DNA of 64,000 nt, taken from the NCBI GenBank assembly GCA_029351405.1, contig GCA_029351405.1_4841.1; one strand, written 5' to 3'. Positions within the stretch are counted from its first letter, which is position 1. Every line of letters starts with the position of its first letter. Below are positions 6,710 to 16,141 of the stretch, in pieces. The notes under the pieces were generated by a model. That model ran no database searches. It saw only the letters and a program-made list of their open reading frames with translations, and was not told where the DNA came from. The stretch comes from Escherichia coli (lineage in GTDB: Bacteria; Pseudomonadota; Gammaproteobacteria; Enterobacterales; Enterobacteriaceae). Position numbers and translations under genes: made by a program.

Positions 6710-9709
6710 ATGACCGTTTTCTATACGAACGTTGCCCGAAGGGGCAATGACCTGTTGATTCGAATTGCAGATGACATGGGTAATCGCCGTCTGTTGAAAA
6801 AGAAATTCGAACCCACTCTCTATTTACCCACGGTTGACTATTCAAATGTTGAAAAGGTCGGCCTTCTCAATGAACCCCTGGCAGCCAAGCAGTTCCCTTC
6901 CATGCGTGACGCTGATAACTATCTTGAAGAGTACAAGGAAGTCCAGGGTGCTGCCATTTACGGGCAGACCGATTATGCATACCAGTTCATCGCCCATAGC
7001 TTTCCTGGAAAGATTGAGCCGGATTACTCCAACATCCATATTGCTAACCTCGATATCGAAGTATTCTCCGCCGGGTGGAAAGACGGAAAGATGACCAAAG
7101 GTCCATTCCCTCACCCAACTATTGAGCAGCAGACGTTCAAAGGGAATGAGGCGCGCATTCGCCGCTTCCATAAACAAGTGCTGGCCAACCATGACTTTGT
7201 CCGTGAGCACTTCCCTGGTTCTTTCATCAGCAACAACGTCACTGATCAGTTCCCTATCATTGACAGCAACGGCAAGATCACCCAAGACATGAATGCGGCG
7301 TTCCCCATTACCCTGATCCAGCTTCAGGATATGGCGACCAATAAGTTCATGGTCTGGGGTATGCCCTGTGCCAAAGATCGTAACAAATTCGCATACGACA
7401 CCGAAGACAAAGAGATCGGCGGCCTTGAGGTTGTTTATCAGGAGTTCACCACCGAACAAGATCTGCTGCGCTCGTTCCTAGACTTCTGGTCGGAGCGTCA
7501 GTTCGACGGCTGGACAGGCTGGAACATTGAAACGTTCGATAGCCCGTATCTTGTTGAGCGTATGAACCAGGTTCTGGGTGAGGCTGAAACGTCGCGCCTC
7601 AGTCCTTGGGGTATCATTAAGAAGCGTATCATTCGCGATAAGAAGGGCGATATCACGACATATCAGTTCGTGGGCTGTCCTATGCTCGATTATATGCAGA
7701 TCTACAAGAAACACACGTACACCACCCGTGAACGCTACTCTCTTGACTGGATTGCGTATTGTGAGCTGGGTGAGAAGAAGATGGACTACAGTGAGAGCAA
7801 GTCGCTCTTTGATCTGTACTTCAACGACTACTGCAAACACACCCGATATGGTATCAAAGACGTTAAGCTGGTGTGGCGACTTGAACAGAAGCTGCGCCTG
7901 CTCCAGCTGATGTTCGTCCTGGCCTACCGCACCAAGTCCAACTATGAAGACGGTCTGGGCACTGTGGCTCCGTGGCTGGCCATGTGCTACTATCGCCTGT
8001 ACGAGAAGGGGATAGTGCCTAAGATCCAGCGTGTATACGATGGTCCGACCGACTTTGAGGGTGCATACGTCATGGATGTGACACCAGGAATCTACTTCTG
8101 GGTCTTCTCGGAAGATTTGAACTCCCTGTATCCTCACATCATTCAGCAGTACAACCTCGGTCCAGAGACTATCGTTGGCGACAAACACCAGCGCCGTGAG
8201 ATCATTGAGGCTATGTGTGAAGAGCTGGCTGCTCAGATGAATAACATGGCAACGCCGATGCACAAACGTCGGTTGATGAAAGCCCTTCACGACAAGCTGT
8301 TGCGTGCGGTTGACGAACGCCTGCAGGTTGTTGATGAGTTGGTTGCCCTGGGTGAGTTCCACTTTGAAACCCTGCGCCGCTACAACGTGTCGTTCACGCC
8401 GAACGTTCAATTCTTCAGCAACGAGAAGATGTCGTTCCTGTCTGAAATCATGCGTGGTATCTACAGCGACCGTAAAGTAGAGAAAGCCAAGGGTCTGAAA
8501 TACGAGCAGTGGGCTGGTTGGTGTAAAGAGATGTCGAAGGGTGACTTCCATCTTGAGTCTGCCATGAAGTCTCGCTACTATGACCCAGAGTGGTATGAAG
8601 AGCACAAGAACATTGATCTTGATGCCCTGACTGAAGTGATGAAGAAGTGGGAAGATCTGGGTGTTGCTCAAGATACCCTTCAGCAAGGTCTGAAGATCTT
8701 GATGAATGCAGGTTATGGCGCGATCTCAAACGTCTGGTTCAAAGAGTACTTCAACCTCAACATTGCCGAAGCCATCACCACATCCGGTCAGCTGATCAAC
8801 AAGTGGAACAAGCGTTACACTGATGACTATCTGAACAAGCTGTGTGGTACAACAGGCCAGGACTTCGTCATCGCAGGGGATACCGACTCCAACTACATCT
8901 GCATTGAGCGTCTTGTCAAGCAGTTGTGGCCTGATGTTACTGACCATCATGTTATGGTTGATAATATCGACCAATGGATCAAAGACAACTACCAGCCGAA
9001 GACCAATGAGTGGGCACAGCTTCTGTGTAACACCATGAACGGATTTGAACAGCGCATGGTGTGGGAGCGTGAGGTCATTGCGTCAGCCGCTGTCTGGCGA
9101 GCCAAGAAGATGTATGCCATGGCAGTGTACGACAGTGAGGGTATCAAGTACGAGAAGCCGAAGATCAAGTTCAAAGGCCTGGAAGCCCGCAAGTCCACCA
9201 CGCCGGAATGGTGTCGTGAGCGTCTTGTCAAGTGCTATGAGAAGATCCTACTAGGCACCGAAGAGGAAGTGCAGACGCTCATCTCCCAGTACAAAGAGGA
9301 GTACATGAAACTCTCTGTAGACGATATCGCCAAGGCTTCCGGCGTGTCCGACATAGAGAAGTGTGTGGCTGCTGACGGATCGTTCATCTCTGGTGCTCAT
9401 TTTGCTGCCAAGGCTTGTGTGGGCTACAACCGTCTGGTTGAGAAGAACGAAGATCTGGGTCTACCGATGATCGAGTCGGGTGATAAGGTACAGATGGTGT
9501 TGTTGAAGCCAGGCAACCCATTCGGCCAGAATTACTTTGCATATCCTGAGTTCTTCCCTGAGGAGCTTGGTCTGGGTAAATGGGTGGATTATCAGGCGGC
9601 CTTTGAGAAGTCCTTCATTGATCCGATTCAGTCTATCCTCGACGTGGTCGGCTGGTCACACAAGCGCCGTGTGAACCTTCTTGCCATGATGCAAAAGAAG
9701 AAAGGTTGA
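6710..9709 (+). CDS. 43: DNA polymerase, family B (T4 gp43-like)
   Basis: 999 aa; N-terminus KFPSMRDADNYL...ANLDIEV parallels T4 gp43 KFPSMKDARDW...ANCDIEV; motif B KILMNAGYG and motif C GDTDSNY; GGAG RBS. Confidence 0.95.
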   Translation: MTVFYTNVARRGNDLLIRIADDMGNRRLLKKKFEPTLYLPTVDYSNVEKVGLLNEPLAAKQFPSMRDADNYLEEYKEVQGAAIYGQTDYAYQFIAHSFPGKIEPDYSNIHIANLDIEVFSAGWKDGKMTKGPFPHPTIEQQTFKGNEARIRRFHKQVLANHDFVREHFPGSFISNNVTDQFPIIDSNGKITQDMNAAFPITLIQLQDMATNKFMVWGMPCAKDRNKFAYDTEDKEIGGLEVVYQEFTTEQDLLRSFLDFWSERQFDGWTGWNIETFDSPYLVERMNQVLGEAETSRLSPWGIIKKRIIRDKKGDITTYQFVGCPMLDYMQIYKKHTYTTRERYSLDWIAYCELGEKKMDYSESKSLFDLYFNDYCKHTRYGIKDVKLVWRLEQKLRLLQLMFVLAYRTKSNYEDGLGTVAPWLAMCYYRLYEKGIVPKIQRVYDGPTDFEGAYVMDVTPGIYFWVFSEDLNSLYPHIIQQYNLGPETIVGDKHQRREIIEAMCEELAAQMNNMATPMHKRRLMKALHDKLLRAVDERLQVVDELVALGEFHFETLRRYNVSFTPNVQFFSNEKMSFLSEIMRGIYSDRKVEKAKGLKYEQWAGWCKEMSKGDFHLESAMKSRYYDPEWYEEHKNIDLDALTEVMKKWEDLGVAQDTLQQGLKILMNAGYGAISNVWFKEYFNLNIAEAITTSGQLINKWNKRYTDDYLNKLCGTTGQDFVIAGDTDSNYICIERLVKQLWPDVTDHHVMVDNIDQWIKDNYQPKTNEWAQLLCNTMNGFEQRMVWEREVIASAAVWRAKKMYAMAVYDSEGIKYEKPKIKFKGLEARKSTTPEWCRERLVKCYEKILLGTEEEVQTLISQYKEEYMKLSVDDIAKASGVSDIEKCVAADGSFISGAHFAAKACVGYNRLVEKNEDLGLPMIESGDKVQMVLLKPGNPFGQNYFAYPEFFPEELGLGKWVDYQAAFEKSFIDPIQSILDVVGWSHKRRVNLLAMMQKKKG

Positions 9710-9762
9710 TTCAATAAACCAAAGGGGGATATAATTCCCCCTGTTAACCCTTTGACAAACAG

Positions 9763-10113
9763 GTGATTGAAATGAAACTCAATAAGATTCTTCTGGTGTG
9801 CGCTCTGGCTTTCTCTACCACTGCGTGCTCCACCCTTCTGGACGTTGCGTCTACTGTAGACCTTGACGCGCCGACGTTCACCAATGAGCAGGCCGTGTCC
9901 AAGATGGAAGACACTATTAAGGCACATGCAGCACTGGACAACACTACTCCGGGTCCGCTCCAAACTGTCTGCAACTATGACGATTCCATCCAGGAAGACG
10001 AAACTTACCACTGCATCACCTACGTGAAGCAGGCCTCCGTCGTTCTGTATGCAGATTGTACCGAAGAACAGTGTGTTGCTACAGGCTACGATAAAGTTGA
10101 GGAAGACAAATGA
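9763..10113 (+). CDS. putative secreted/lipoprotein (116 aa)
   Basis: Signal-peptide-like N-terminus KILLVCALAFSTTAC with a Cys after the hydrophobic core; alternative start at 9772. Confidence 0.5.
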   Translation: MIEMKLNKILLVCALAFSTTACSTLLDVASTVDLDAPTFTNEQAVSKMEDTIKAHAALDNTTPGPLQTVCNYDDSIQEDETYHCITYVKQASVVLYADCTEEQCVATGYDKVEEDK

Positions 10114-10889
10114 ACAACCTGGTTTGTATCTATGATATGAAATCAAAGGTCGGTGGTCTGTATCGCGTCCTCGTGGATGTTGACCTGACGTTGGTCGACA
10201 GCCTCTCCCCTTGGGTGCAGTGGTTCAACGAAGAGAACATCGCCGCCGCTGCTATCGCTACGGGGGACCATAAGTCATACCAGTTCCAGCCGATTACCAA
10301 AGAGTGTTATATGTCCCATGCTGGCGACCTGGCTATTCTGATGCGTGAACGTGCGCATCCGGCGTGGCTATACCATGAAGTCCAATTGGGGATGCACAAA
10401 CAACGTGTGCCAAGCGGTAACGATCCTATGGATTGGTGGCGTCGCCCTGACTTGTACGCCAAGATGAACCCGCTCCCCGGTGCTTACGAGTTCCTGGTAA
10501 ATCTGAAGGATATCTTGCTTGAAGATTTCGACAATGTTGAATTCATCGCGGTGTCGAAGTGCGAGCCGGAACACGAGCGCAGCAAGCGTCAGTTTGTCTA
10601 TGATAAGTTCCCTGGTATCTTCAACGGGTTTGTCAGCACCGACGAAAAGCATCTGCTGGCTGGCGATGTCCTGATTGATGACAATCCGAAGTATGTTGAG
10701 CCGTGTGGTCTGAACAACATCTTTGTCATCTTTGTTCCTCAGGGCAATTATGAAAAACTGGATCTTTCGAACTCGGAAGATATGCTTTATATTAAACCAG
10801 TAGAAGGCCAGAACCACTTCGACTTCCTGAATCACAATATTATTGAAGTGGTCAATCGCCTGATTAGTCATTATCAATACGTCCGATAG
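10110..10889 (+). CDS. HAD-superfamily hydrolase, 5'(3')-deoxyribonucleotidase-like
   Basis: 259 aa; N-terminal VLVDVDLTLVD matches the HAD DxDxT phosphatase motif; ATGA overlap with the upstream stop. Confidence 0.55.
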   Translation: MNNLVCIYDMKSKVGGLYRVLVDVDLTLVDSLSPWVQWFNEENIAAAAIATGDHKSYQFQPITKECYMSHAGDLAILMRERAHPAWLYHEVQLGMHKQRVPSGNDPMDWWRRPDLYAKMNPLPGAYEFLVNLKDILLEDFDNVEFIAVSKCEPEHERSKRQFVYDKFPGIFNGFVSTDEKHLLAGDVLIDDNPKYVEPCGLNNIFVIFVPQGNYEKLDLSNSEDMLYIKPVEGQNHFDFLNHNIIEVVNRLISHYQYVR

Positions 10890-10898
10890 GAGGACATC

Positions 10899-11204
10899 GT
10901 GCAAGATCAGAATAAGTTCGGGGAAATCCCCGACAAGCGTTCCGGTGATAGCGACATGGATGGCGTGATTAACCATGTGAACAACTTCATTCGCCAGCAG
11001 GAGACTCCGACTCCTATCGGCGCAGCCAAGGCTCTTCATGATGTACTGGTGAAGATCGGCCAGCGCTCTGAAGCGGATGAAATCTTCTATAACTTCGACG
11101 ACCAGTATAAAGTTAAGTTTGAAGAAAACGGTCGTCCGCATGTTGCTGTGTTCTGGGCACCTTGGCTGGGCGGCGTGAGCTGGCGTATTGAGGATGCTGT
11201 GTAA
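10899..11204 (+). CDS. hypothetical protein (101 aa)
   Basis: GTG start preceded by TAGGAGGA RBS. Confidence 0.45.
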   Translation: MQDQNKFGEIPDKRSGDSDMDGVINHVNNFIRQQETPTPIGAAKALHDVLVKIGQRSEADEIFYNFDDQYKVKFEENGRPHVAVFWAPWLGGVSWRIEDAV

Positions 11205-12121
11205 TGGCTAAAATAATTGTAGTGAAGGGAACAAGTGGCGTGGGCAAGGGTACGAGAGTGGTCCAGTTCATCGAATGGCTCCGTACGAAGCTGGAGCCTA
11301 CCGAACTGACCTACACCGTTGGTGACAAGACTCGCCCGTTTGGCCTGAAGTTCGGAGAGCTGAAGTTAATCTTCGTTGGACAGTACACCGTGTCTAACAA
11401 ATCCGGCCTGGCTTCCTGGACTTCAATGGATGCAATCCATGCTGCTACAGGCTCAGGCGATATTGCTCGTGATCTAATCAAGTGCTGGTTGGTTCAGGGA
11501 TACACTCTGGTGTGCGAGGGTGAACCCCTCATGCTGTCGGACAAATGGCGTCCTGAATGGATGTTCAAGAACTATCCGATTGAATCATTGGCGCTGCTGT
11601 ACTTTGCGTACCCCGACCGCTATCAGTACGATGCTCGTATCCGTGGTCGCTCTGGTAAAGAAGCAGGGAACTCCGGCTGGTCGCGCAACGAATCTTACTC
11701 CAAGGAGTTTGAGAAGTCGAAGGCCGAAATGCTGGCGCTGGGCTTCACTGTGGCTGTTGATGATTACAGCGGACAGGATATCCTGTATAAATCACCGAAT
11801 GCCAACACCCAGGAGTTCCTGACCAGCCAGCAGTCAGAGTTGGCGGTACTACCGTTCGACGCCCCGCTTTGGGTGGTGGGTAACGCGATTTGCCATCAGA
11901 TACGGTCCGAACTGCGTGAAGTTAACATGGACACCAAAGACTTTTACGCCTACTGTGAAACCAATCCGATGACCCGTGAGGTCGGCGGTGATGATCCTTT
12001 GGCGCACAGAGTGCCTGAGAAGCCGCAGAAGGCATCCAAAACTAAAACCAAGGCGAGCGCCCAGCCAGAAGTAACGAAGGCAGCGTCGCGCTCTCTCCTT
12101 GACCTGATGAAGAAGGGGTGA
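11204..12121 (+). CDS. P-loop kinase-like protein (candidate nucleotide or DNA-base kinase)
   Basis: 305 aa; N-terminal IVVKGTSGVGKGT glycine-rich P-loop; distinct from the dNMP kinase at 52608-53177. Confidence 0.5.
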   Translation: MAKIIVVKGTSGVGKGTRVVQFIEWLRTKLEPTELTYTVGDKTRPFGLKFGELKLIFVGQYTVSNKSGLASWTSMDAIHAATGSGDIARDLIKCWLVQGYTLVCEGEPLMLSDKWRPEWMFKNYPIESLALLYFAYPDRYQYDARIRGRSGKEAGNSGWSRNESYSKEFEKSKAEMLALGFTVAVDDYSGQDILYKSPNANTQEFLTSQQSELAVLPFDAPLWVVGNAICHQIRSELREVNMDTKDFYAYCETNPMTREVGGDDPLAHRVPEKPQKASKTKTKASAQPEVTKAASRSLLDLMKKG

Positions 12122-12321
12122 TCATGAAACGGTTGTCTAATTATCTGTTGTTCATCGGTCTGATTATGGCAGCTATTTCAATGTGCGTTGGCCTGGCGTA
12201 TCATTTCACTTCTCTGGATTTAACGACCTCAGAGAAGTTGAATGTGACTGTGATGTACTGTATTGGCGCGGTGATGTCTATCGGCGCTGCTGGTTACAAA
12301 ATATTCAAGGAACCAAAATGA
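12118..12321 (+). CDS. small membrane protein (67 aa)
   Basis: Two hydrophobic helices; ATGA overlaps at both ends. Confidence 0.4.
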   Translation: MIMKRLSNYLLFIGLIMAAISMCVGLAYHFTSLDLTTSEKLNVTVMYCIGAVMSIGAAGYKIFKEPK

Positions 12322-12677
12322 AAATTCAAATCCCTCGCGATGCTGTAGCTGTTGCGATTGACTACACCGGAAACGCCAAGCACATTACTGCCGTGCGCCT
12401 GATTCCTGAAAAGAACTGCGTCATCCCTCAGTTCCAGCTGAATGCCAATCCGTCGTCCAAAGACTTCGGCAAGTGGTTACAGGCTGCTCCGTTCCGTACC
12501 CAGACGAATGCTCAGATGTTCATCTCGGGTAAGACCCACACTGCAGCCCGTCTGTGGTTCGTGACCGCTGACCGTCGCTTTGTTGATATGTGGGAACGTC
12601 CGATGGGGTTCGTGAAGCCGGAAGATATTCAGCTGGCTCCTGAAGAGGAAGCGAAAGATGAAAATCAAGTCGGTTGA
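12318..12677 (+). CDS. hypothetical protein (119 aa)
   Basis: Start set at MKIQIP (ATG 12318) overlapping the upstream TGA; the track ORF starts earlier at 12183 inside the upstream gene. Confidence 0.45.
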   Translation: MKIQIPRDAVAVAIDYTGNAKHITAVRLIPEKNCVIPQFQLNANPSSKDFGKWLQAAPFRTQTNAQMFISGKTHTAARLWFVTADRRFVDMWERPMGFVKPEDIQLAPEEEAKDENQVG

Positions 12678-12843
12678 TTTTATCTTCATGATGCTGATGT
12701 TCGTTATCTTCACGGTATCGCTCGTCGGCGCCATGGTCACAGAAGGGGTTCCACAACGTCCCTTCCTGGTGATTTGTCCTGTATCGATCGCCACTTTCTT
12801 CTATCTGGCGTTCCGTGTTGAATTGGGGAACAAACTCGAATGA
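12658..12843 (+). CDS. small membrane protein (61 aa)
   Basis: Hydrophobic FIFMMLMFVIFTVSLVGAMV; translationally coupled to its neighbours. Confidence 0.4.
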   Translation: MKIKSVDFIFMMLMFVIFTVSLVGAMVTEGVPQRPFLVICPVSIATFFYLAFRVELGNKLE

Positions 12844-14075
12844 CACATCTATCTAAAATGCCGACGGGCTATACGCCCCCGGCTGAATGGAAGTACCCGA
12901 TTGACCTATCTGTTGACTACCGTAAACCTGAGAATCGCATGTACCTGCTCAAGGCTTGGGTGGAGGCGCTGTCCTACACAGAAGAGCACAACCAGCAGAT
13001 GCGTCTGATGGACTATGCGATTGAAGTCACTGAAGGCATCAGCCTCGAACAGAAAGTCGAGCGCAAGATCTGGATGGCATTCCTGTGGGGTTGTTGCTAT
13101 AACGCTGTCGGACCGTGGACGATCTACAGTGAGTTCCCTATGCCACCCCAGTCCAAAGAAGAGATGCAGCGCTTCTCTGATTGGTATAATCTGAACTTTG
13201 AACGCATGCGATTCGATACCGACTGTCGCTACCGCAAGTCCAAGATGATTCCGTGTGTTCAGTCCTATATTGACTGGCTGGCTGGCCGTACTCAATATGA
13301 CGCTTTCCGTGGGATGTTGGTGTGCATCGATAAGACAGAACAATTCACCCAGCTGTGGGACACGGCGATGTCCTGGAAATACTTCGGTCGCCTGAGCGCC
13401 TGGAACTTCCTGGAAGCCCTGAACATGGTCTTCGGGAACGAATACACCATTGACGTCCCTGGCTTCATGCTGCGTGATCGTGATGGAAGCGAGTCCAACC
13501 GTAATGGCGCGGCGTTCTTGTCCAACCGTGACGATTGGGTGACTAAACACGGGAAGAAAAAGATCAACGGTTGCCCTATCACGGATGAAGAGTGTGACAT
13601 CCTTGAGGCCGACCTTGAGCAGGCGTTCCAGGATTGTGTGGCTGAGTTCGGACACCTGACGTTCATCAACCGTCTGAACTTTGAAACCTCCGGTGCTTGT
13701 TGGCTGAAGAAATTCTTCCGACTGAAGAATACCCGTTATATCGGGTGGGACGCAGAGCGTACCTGGGATGAGATAGACTACATGGAACGCGTCTGGCCTG
13801 AATACTCCTGCGCAGCGCTCTGGGAAGCCCGTTCTCTCTGGCTACCAGATACCCTGTTGTGCGAAAAGGCTCCTGCAGGGCACGTTCCAGGCGTCCAGAA
13901 GTGGAAGATGCCTGTGTTCTTTGAGACTGGTGTTCCTCTGCATATCTGGCACCTGCAAAAGGGTACGCGCTGGGAACCATCCGAGGTCTGTACGAACCTG
14001 AAGATGCCTGTGCGCAAGGTTGAGGACAAGTCGAAGTCCAGCAGCGTCAACCTCATGGCACTCTTGAAACGCTGA
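12840..14075 (+). CDS. hypothetical protein (411 aa), candidate DNA-modification enzyme
   Basis: Long ORF overlapping the upstream stop; no catalytic motif recognised by eye; sits downstream of the P-loop kinase. Confidence 0.55.
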   Translation: MTHLSKMPTGYTPPAEWKYPIDLSVDYRKPENRMYLLKAWVEALSYTEEHNQQMRLMDYAIEVTEGISLEQKVERKIWMAFLWGCCYNAVGPWTIYSEFPMPPQSKEEMQRFSDWYNLNFERMRFDTDCRYRKSKMIPCVQSYIDWLAGRTQYDAFRGMLVCIDKTEQFTQLWDTAMSWKYFGRLSAWNFLEALNMVFGNEYTIDVPGFMLRDRDGSESNRNGAAFLSNRDDWVTKHGKKKINGCPITDEECDILEADLEQAFQDCVAEFGHLTFINRLNFETSGACWLKKFFRLKNTRYIGWDAERTWDEIDYMERVWPEYSCAALWEARSLWLPDTLLCEKAPAGHVPGVQKWKMPVFFETGVPLHIWHLQKGTRWEPSEVCTNLKMPVRKVEDKSKSSSVNLMALLKR

Positions 14076-14111
14076 TATAAATATCCTCGCCTATAAAGCG
14101 AGGATATTATC

Positions 14112-14279
14112 ATGTTACAAGATCTGCTGGTTTATGCGCTTCCTGGCGCGGTTGTCGGCTTCATCGCTGGCGCTCTGGTCTTCCGTAAACACGCGCAAGA
14201 CGGTGAGGTGATTGTTCAGAAGGGTAAAGATATCCTAGAACAAATCGAAGCCAAACTGGACGAGCTGAAGAAAAAGTAA
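14112..14279 (+). CDS. small membrane protein (55 aa, below the ORF-track cutoff)
   Basis: ATG at 14112 with GAGGAT RBS; hydrophobic LLVYALPGAVVGFIAGALVF; followed by a terminator. Confidence 0.35.
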   Translation: MLQDLLVYALPGAVVGFIAGALVFRKHAQDGEVIVQKGKDILEQIEAKLDELKKK

Positions 14280-14306
14280 TCTGACTGGGGTTGCTTCCTT
14301 CAATAA

Positions 14307-14346
14307 AGGGGAATGGGTTATTATTAGCCCGTTCCCCTTTCTTTTT
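14307..14346 (+). terminator. Rho-independent terminator
   Basis: Hairpin GGGGAA(T)GGG-(TTATTATTAG)-CCC(G)TTCCCC followed by TTTCTTTTT; TTCAATAAA motif immediately upstream. Confidence 0.6.
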
Positions 14347-14361
14347 GCAAGGATATACATC

Positions 14362-14559
14362 ATGGAAACCCAAGATTATAAGATCTTAGTGACAACCGTT
14401 GGTTTCGACGGGAAGAATCAATCTATTGCAGTAGACACTTCCGTTCTGGAGTTCAAGGACAAGAGTTCGGCAGAAACGGCGTTTGCTCATTTGGTGGAAT
14501 CACAAAGATATATGAGCACTTTTATGCGTGTCAAACAAACATACACCAAACTCTATTAA
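14362..14559 (+). CDS. hypothetical protein (65 aa)
   Basis: ORF after the terminator in the plus-strand early-type block. Confidence 0.45.
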   Translation: METQDYKILVTTVGFDGKNQSIAVDTSVLEFKDKSSAETAFAHLVESQRYMSTFMRVKQTYTKLY

Positions 14560-14571
14560 GAGGATTTCACT

Positions 14572-14796
14572 ATGGCAATGCAACGAATTGAAGATATGGA
14601 CTCCCTGGATATCGAATCTATGGTGTCTGTAATGCTCGAAGAAGATCGCAAGACCCCTGTGGTACAGTATCAGATGCCGGAATTGGGCGACGCTGATGGG
14701 CTGTGGAAAATGCTGAACGACAACAAATCCTCCGGTAAGAATGGGTTTGTCCGTGGCGAACTGAATATCATTTGTGTCGGAGGGTGTACAAGATGA
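14572..14796 (+). CDS. hypothetical protein (74 aa)
   Basis: Acidic N-terminus; stop overlaps the next start. Confidence 0.45.
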   Translation: MAMQRIEDMDSLDIESMVSVMLEEDRKTPVVQYQMPELGDADGLWKMLNDNKSSGKNGFVRGELNIICVGGCTR

Positions 14797-15011
14797 TCAA
14801 GAATACTCGAACAATGAAGCGCGCAATCGCTCACTGTGTCCATTCAGTGGCAACTATTATGTTCCGCCACCACATCACATTTGATGAAGCACTGGACCCA
14901 CAGTACCATGAAGAGCGTTGGGATTTGTTGTTAAAGAACGGTGCCAATCCTGAGCATAAAGATCAACTCCTTGGGATGACCAAGGCGCAGCTCGTCGGTG
15001 AATCCAAATGA
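14793..15011 (+). CDS. hypothetical protein (72 aa)
   Basis: Start set at ATG 14793 in an ATGA overlap; the track ORF begins at 14772. Confidence 0.45.
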   Translation: MIKNTRTMKRAIAHCVHSVATIMFRHHITFDEALDPQYHEERWDLLLKNGANPEHKDQLLGMTKAQLVGESK

Positions 15012-16123
15012 TCTACCTCCTGTTTGGTGTGCCATTGGTACTGGCTATCCTGTTTGTGACCTACCACCGCAAGACCCATGAGCCGAAAGAGACTCTGATA
15101 GCGACCGCGATTGTAGTGGTGCTATCCTGTCTGATTCAGGCGGGGACTTATGCTGCGTTCTCCCTTGGTAGTTCAGGGGATGTTGAGATCCTGAACGGGT
15201 ACGTCACTGCAAAGGAGCGGAATAAGGTGAGTTGTGAGCATTCATATGAATGCAACTGCTACTACACCACATCATGTTCCGGTTCCGGTAGCAGCAAGTC
15301 ATGTACCCGCACCCGCCATTGCAGCACATGCTATGAGCACTCTTATGACGTTGATTGGGATGTATTAACAACCGTCGGTGATCTGAGCATTGACCGTATT
15401 GATCGTCAGGGTACTACAGAGCCCCCGCGCTGGTCACAAGTTAAAATCGGGGAACCTGCGGCGCGTGAACATTCATATATGAATTATGTGCTGGGCAACA
15501 AAGACTCTCTGTTCTCCCGCTCAGACCAGCAGTTTGCTGAGCGTTTCAAAGACAAGATTCCCAAGTACCCTGAGGTCTATGACTACTATCGCGTCACTCG
15601 TGTGCTGAACGTGTCCGGCCTGGCGTTACCGACCACATACTGGAACGACTATCTGAACGATGTCCTGAAGAAGCTGGGTGCAGCCAAGCAGGTGAACATC
15701 GTATGGGTTGTGACTTCCGGTCAGCCAGTTGAATACTTCCAGGGCTTGGTCTATGCTTGGGATGGTGGTAAAAAGAACGACGTTATCGTCGTGACCGACA
15801 TCAACAAAGATCTGAAGATCAACTGGGGCAAGAGCACTTCGTTCGCTGATGGTATGCACAACCGTGAACTCCATTCTCGCAATGGCATGGCTCTCACAGG
15901 CCACGACATGGGCGTCGGTGTCATGGCTGATGTTGTCGCTAACATCACCAAAGGCTACAACCGCGTTGAGATGAAGGAAATGGAGTACCTGAAGTGGCGG
16001 GAACTCAAGACCTGGGAAGTTGTGATTGTTGTTCTGCTAGGCTGTCTGCCGTTCACCGCAATTTTCATATTACAGCGAATGGAGTACAATGGTGGCCGTC
16101 GTCGTTATCCGTTTAATTTTTAA
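15008..16123 (+). CDS. membrane protein with Cys-rich region (371 aa), LemA partner
   Basis: N-terminal and C-terminal transmembrane helices; cluster CEHSYECNCYY...CSGSGSSKSC...HCSTC; immediately upstream of the LemA-like gene. Confidence 0.55.
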   Translation: MIYLLFGVPLVLAILFVTYHRKTHEPKETLIATAIVVVLSCLIQAGTYAAFSLGSSGDVEILNGYVTAKERNKVSCEHSYECNCYYTTSCSGSGSSKSCTRTRHCSTCYEHSYDVDWDVLTTVGDLSIDRIDRQGTTEPPRWSQVKIGEPAAREHSYMNYVLGNKDSLFSRSDQQFAERFKDKIPKYPEVYDYYRVTRVLNVSGLALPTTYWNDYLNDVLKKLGAAKQVNIVWVVTSGQPVEYFQGLVYAWDGGKKNDVIVVTDINKDLKINWGKSTSFADGMHNRELHSRNGMALTGHDMGVGVMADVVANITKGYNRVEMKEMEYLKWRELKTWEVVIVVLLGCLPFTAIFILQRMEYNGGRRRYPFNF

Positions 16124-16141
16124 TCAAAAGAGGAAGTAAGA

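Noticed and set aside
7478-8686. 402-aa antisense ORF inside the DNA polymerase gene
   Set aside because: Entirely inside a well-supported essential gene on the opposite strand, with no motif; typical long antisense ORF.
12906-13655. 249-aa minus-strand ORF inside the 411-aa plus-strand gene
   Set aside because: Wrong strand for the surrounding operon and fully nested in it.
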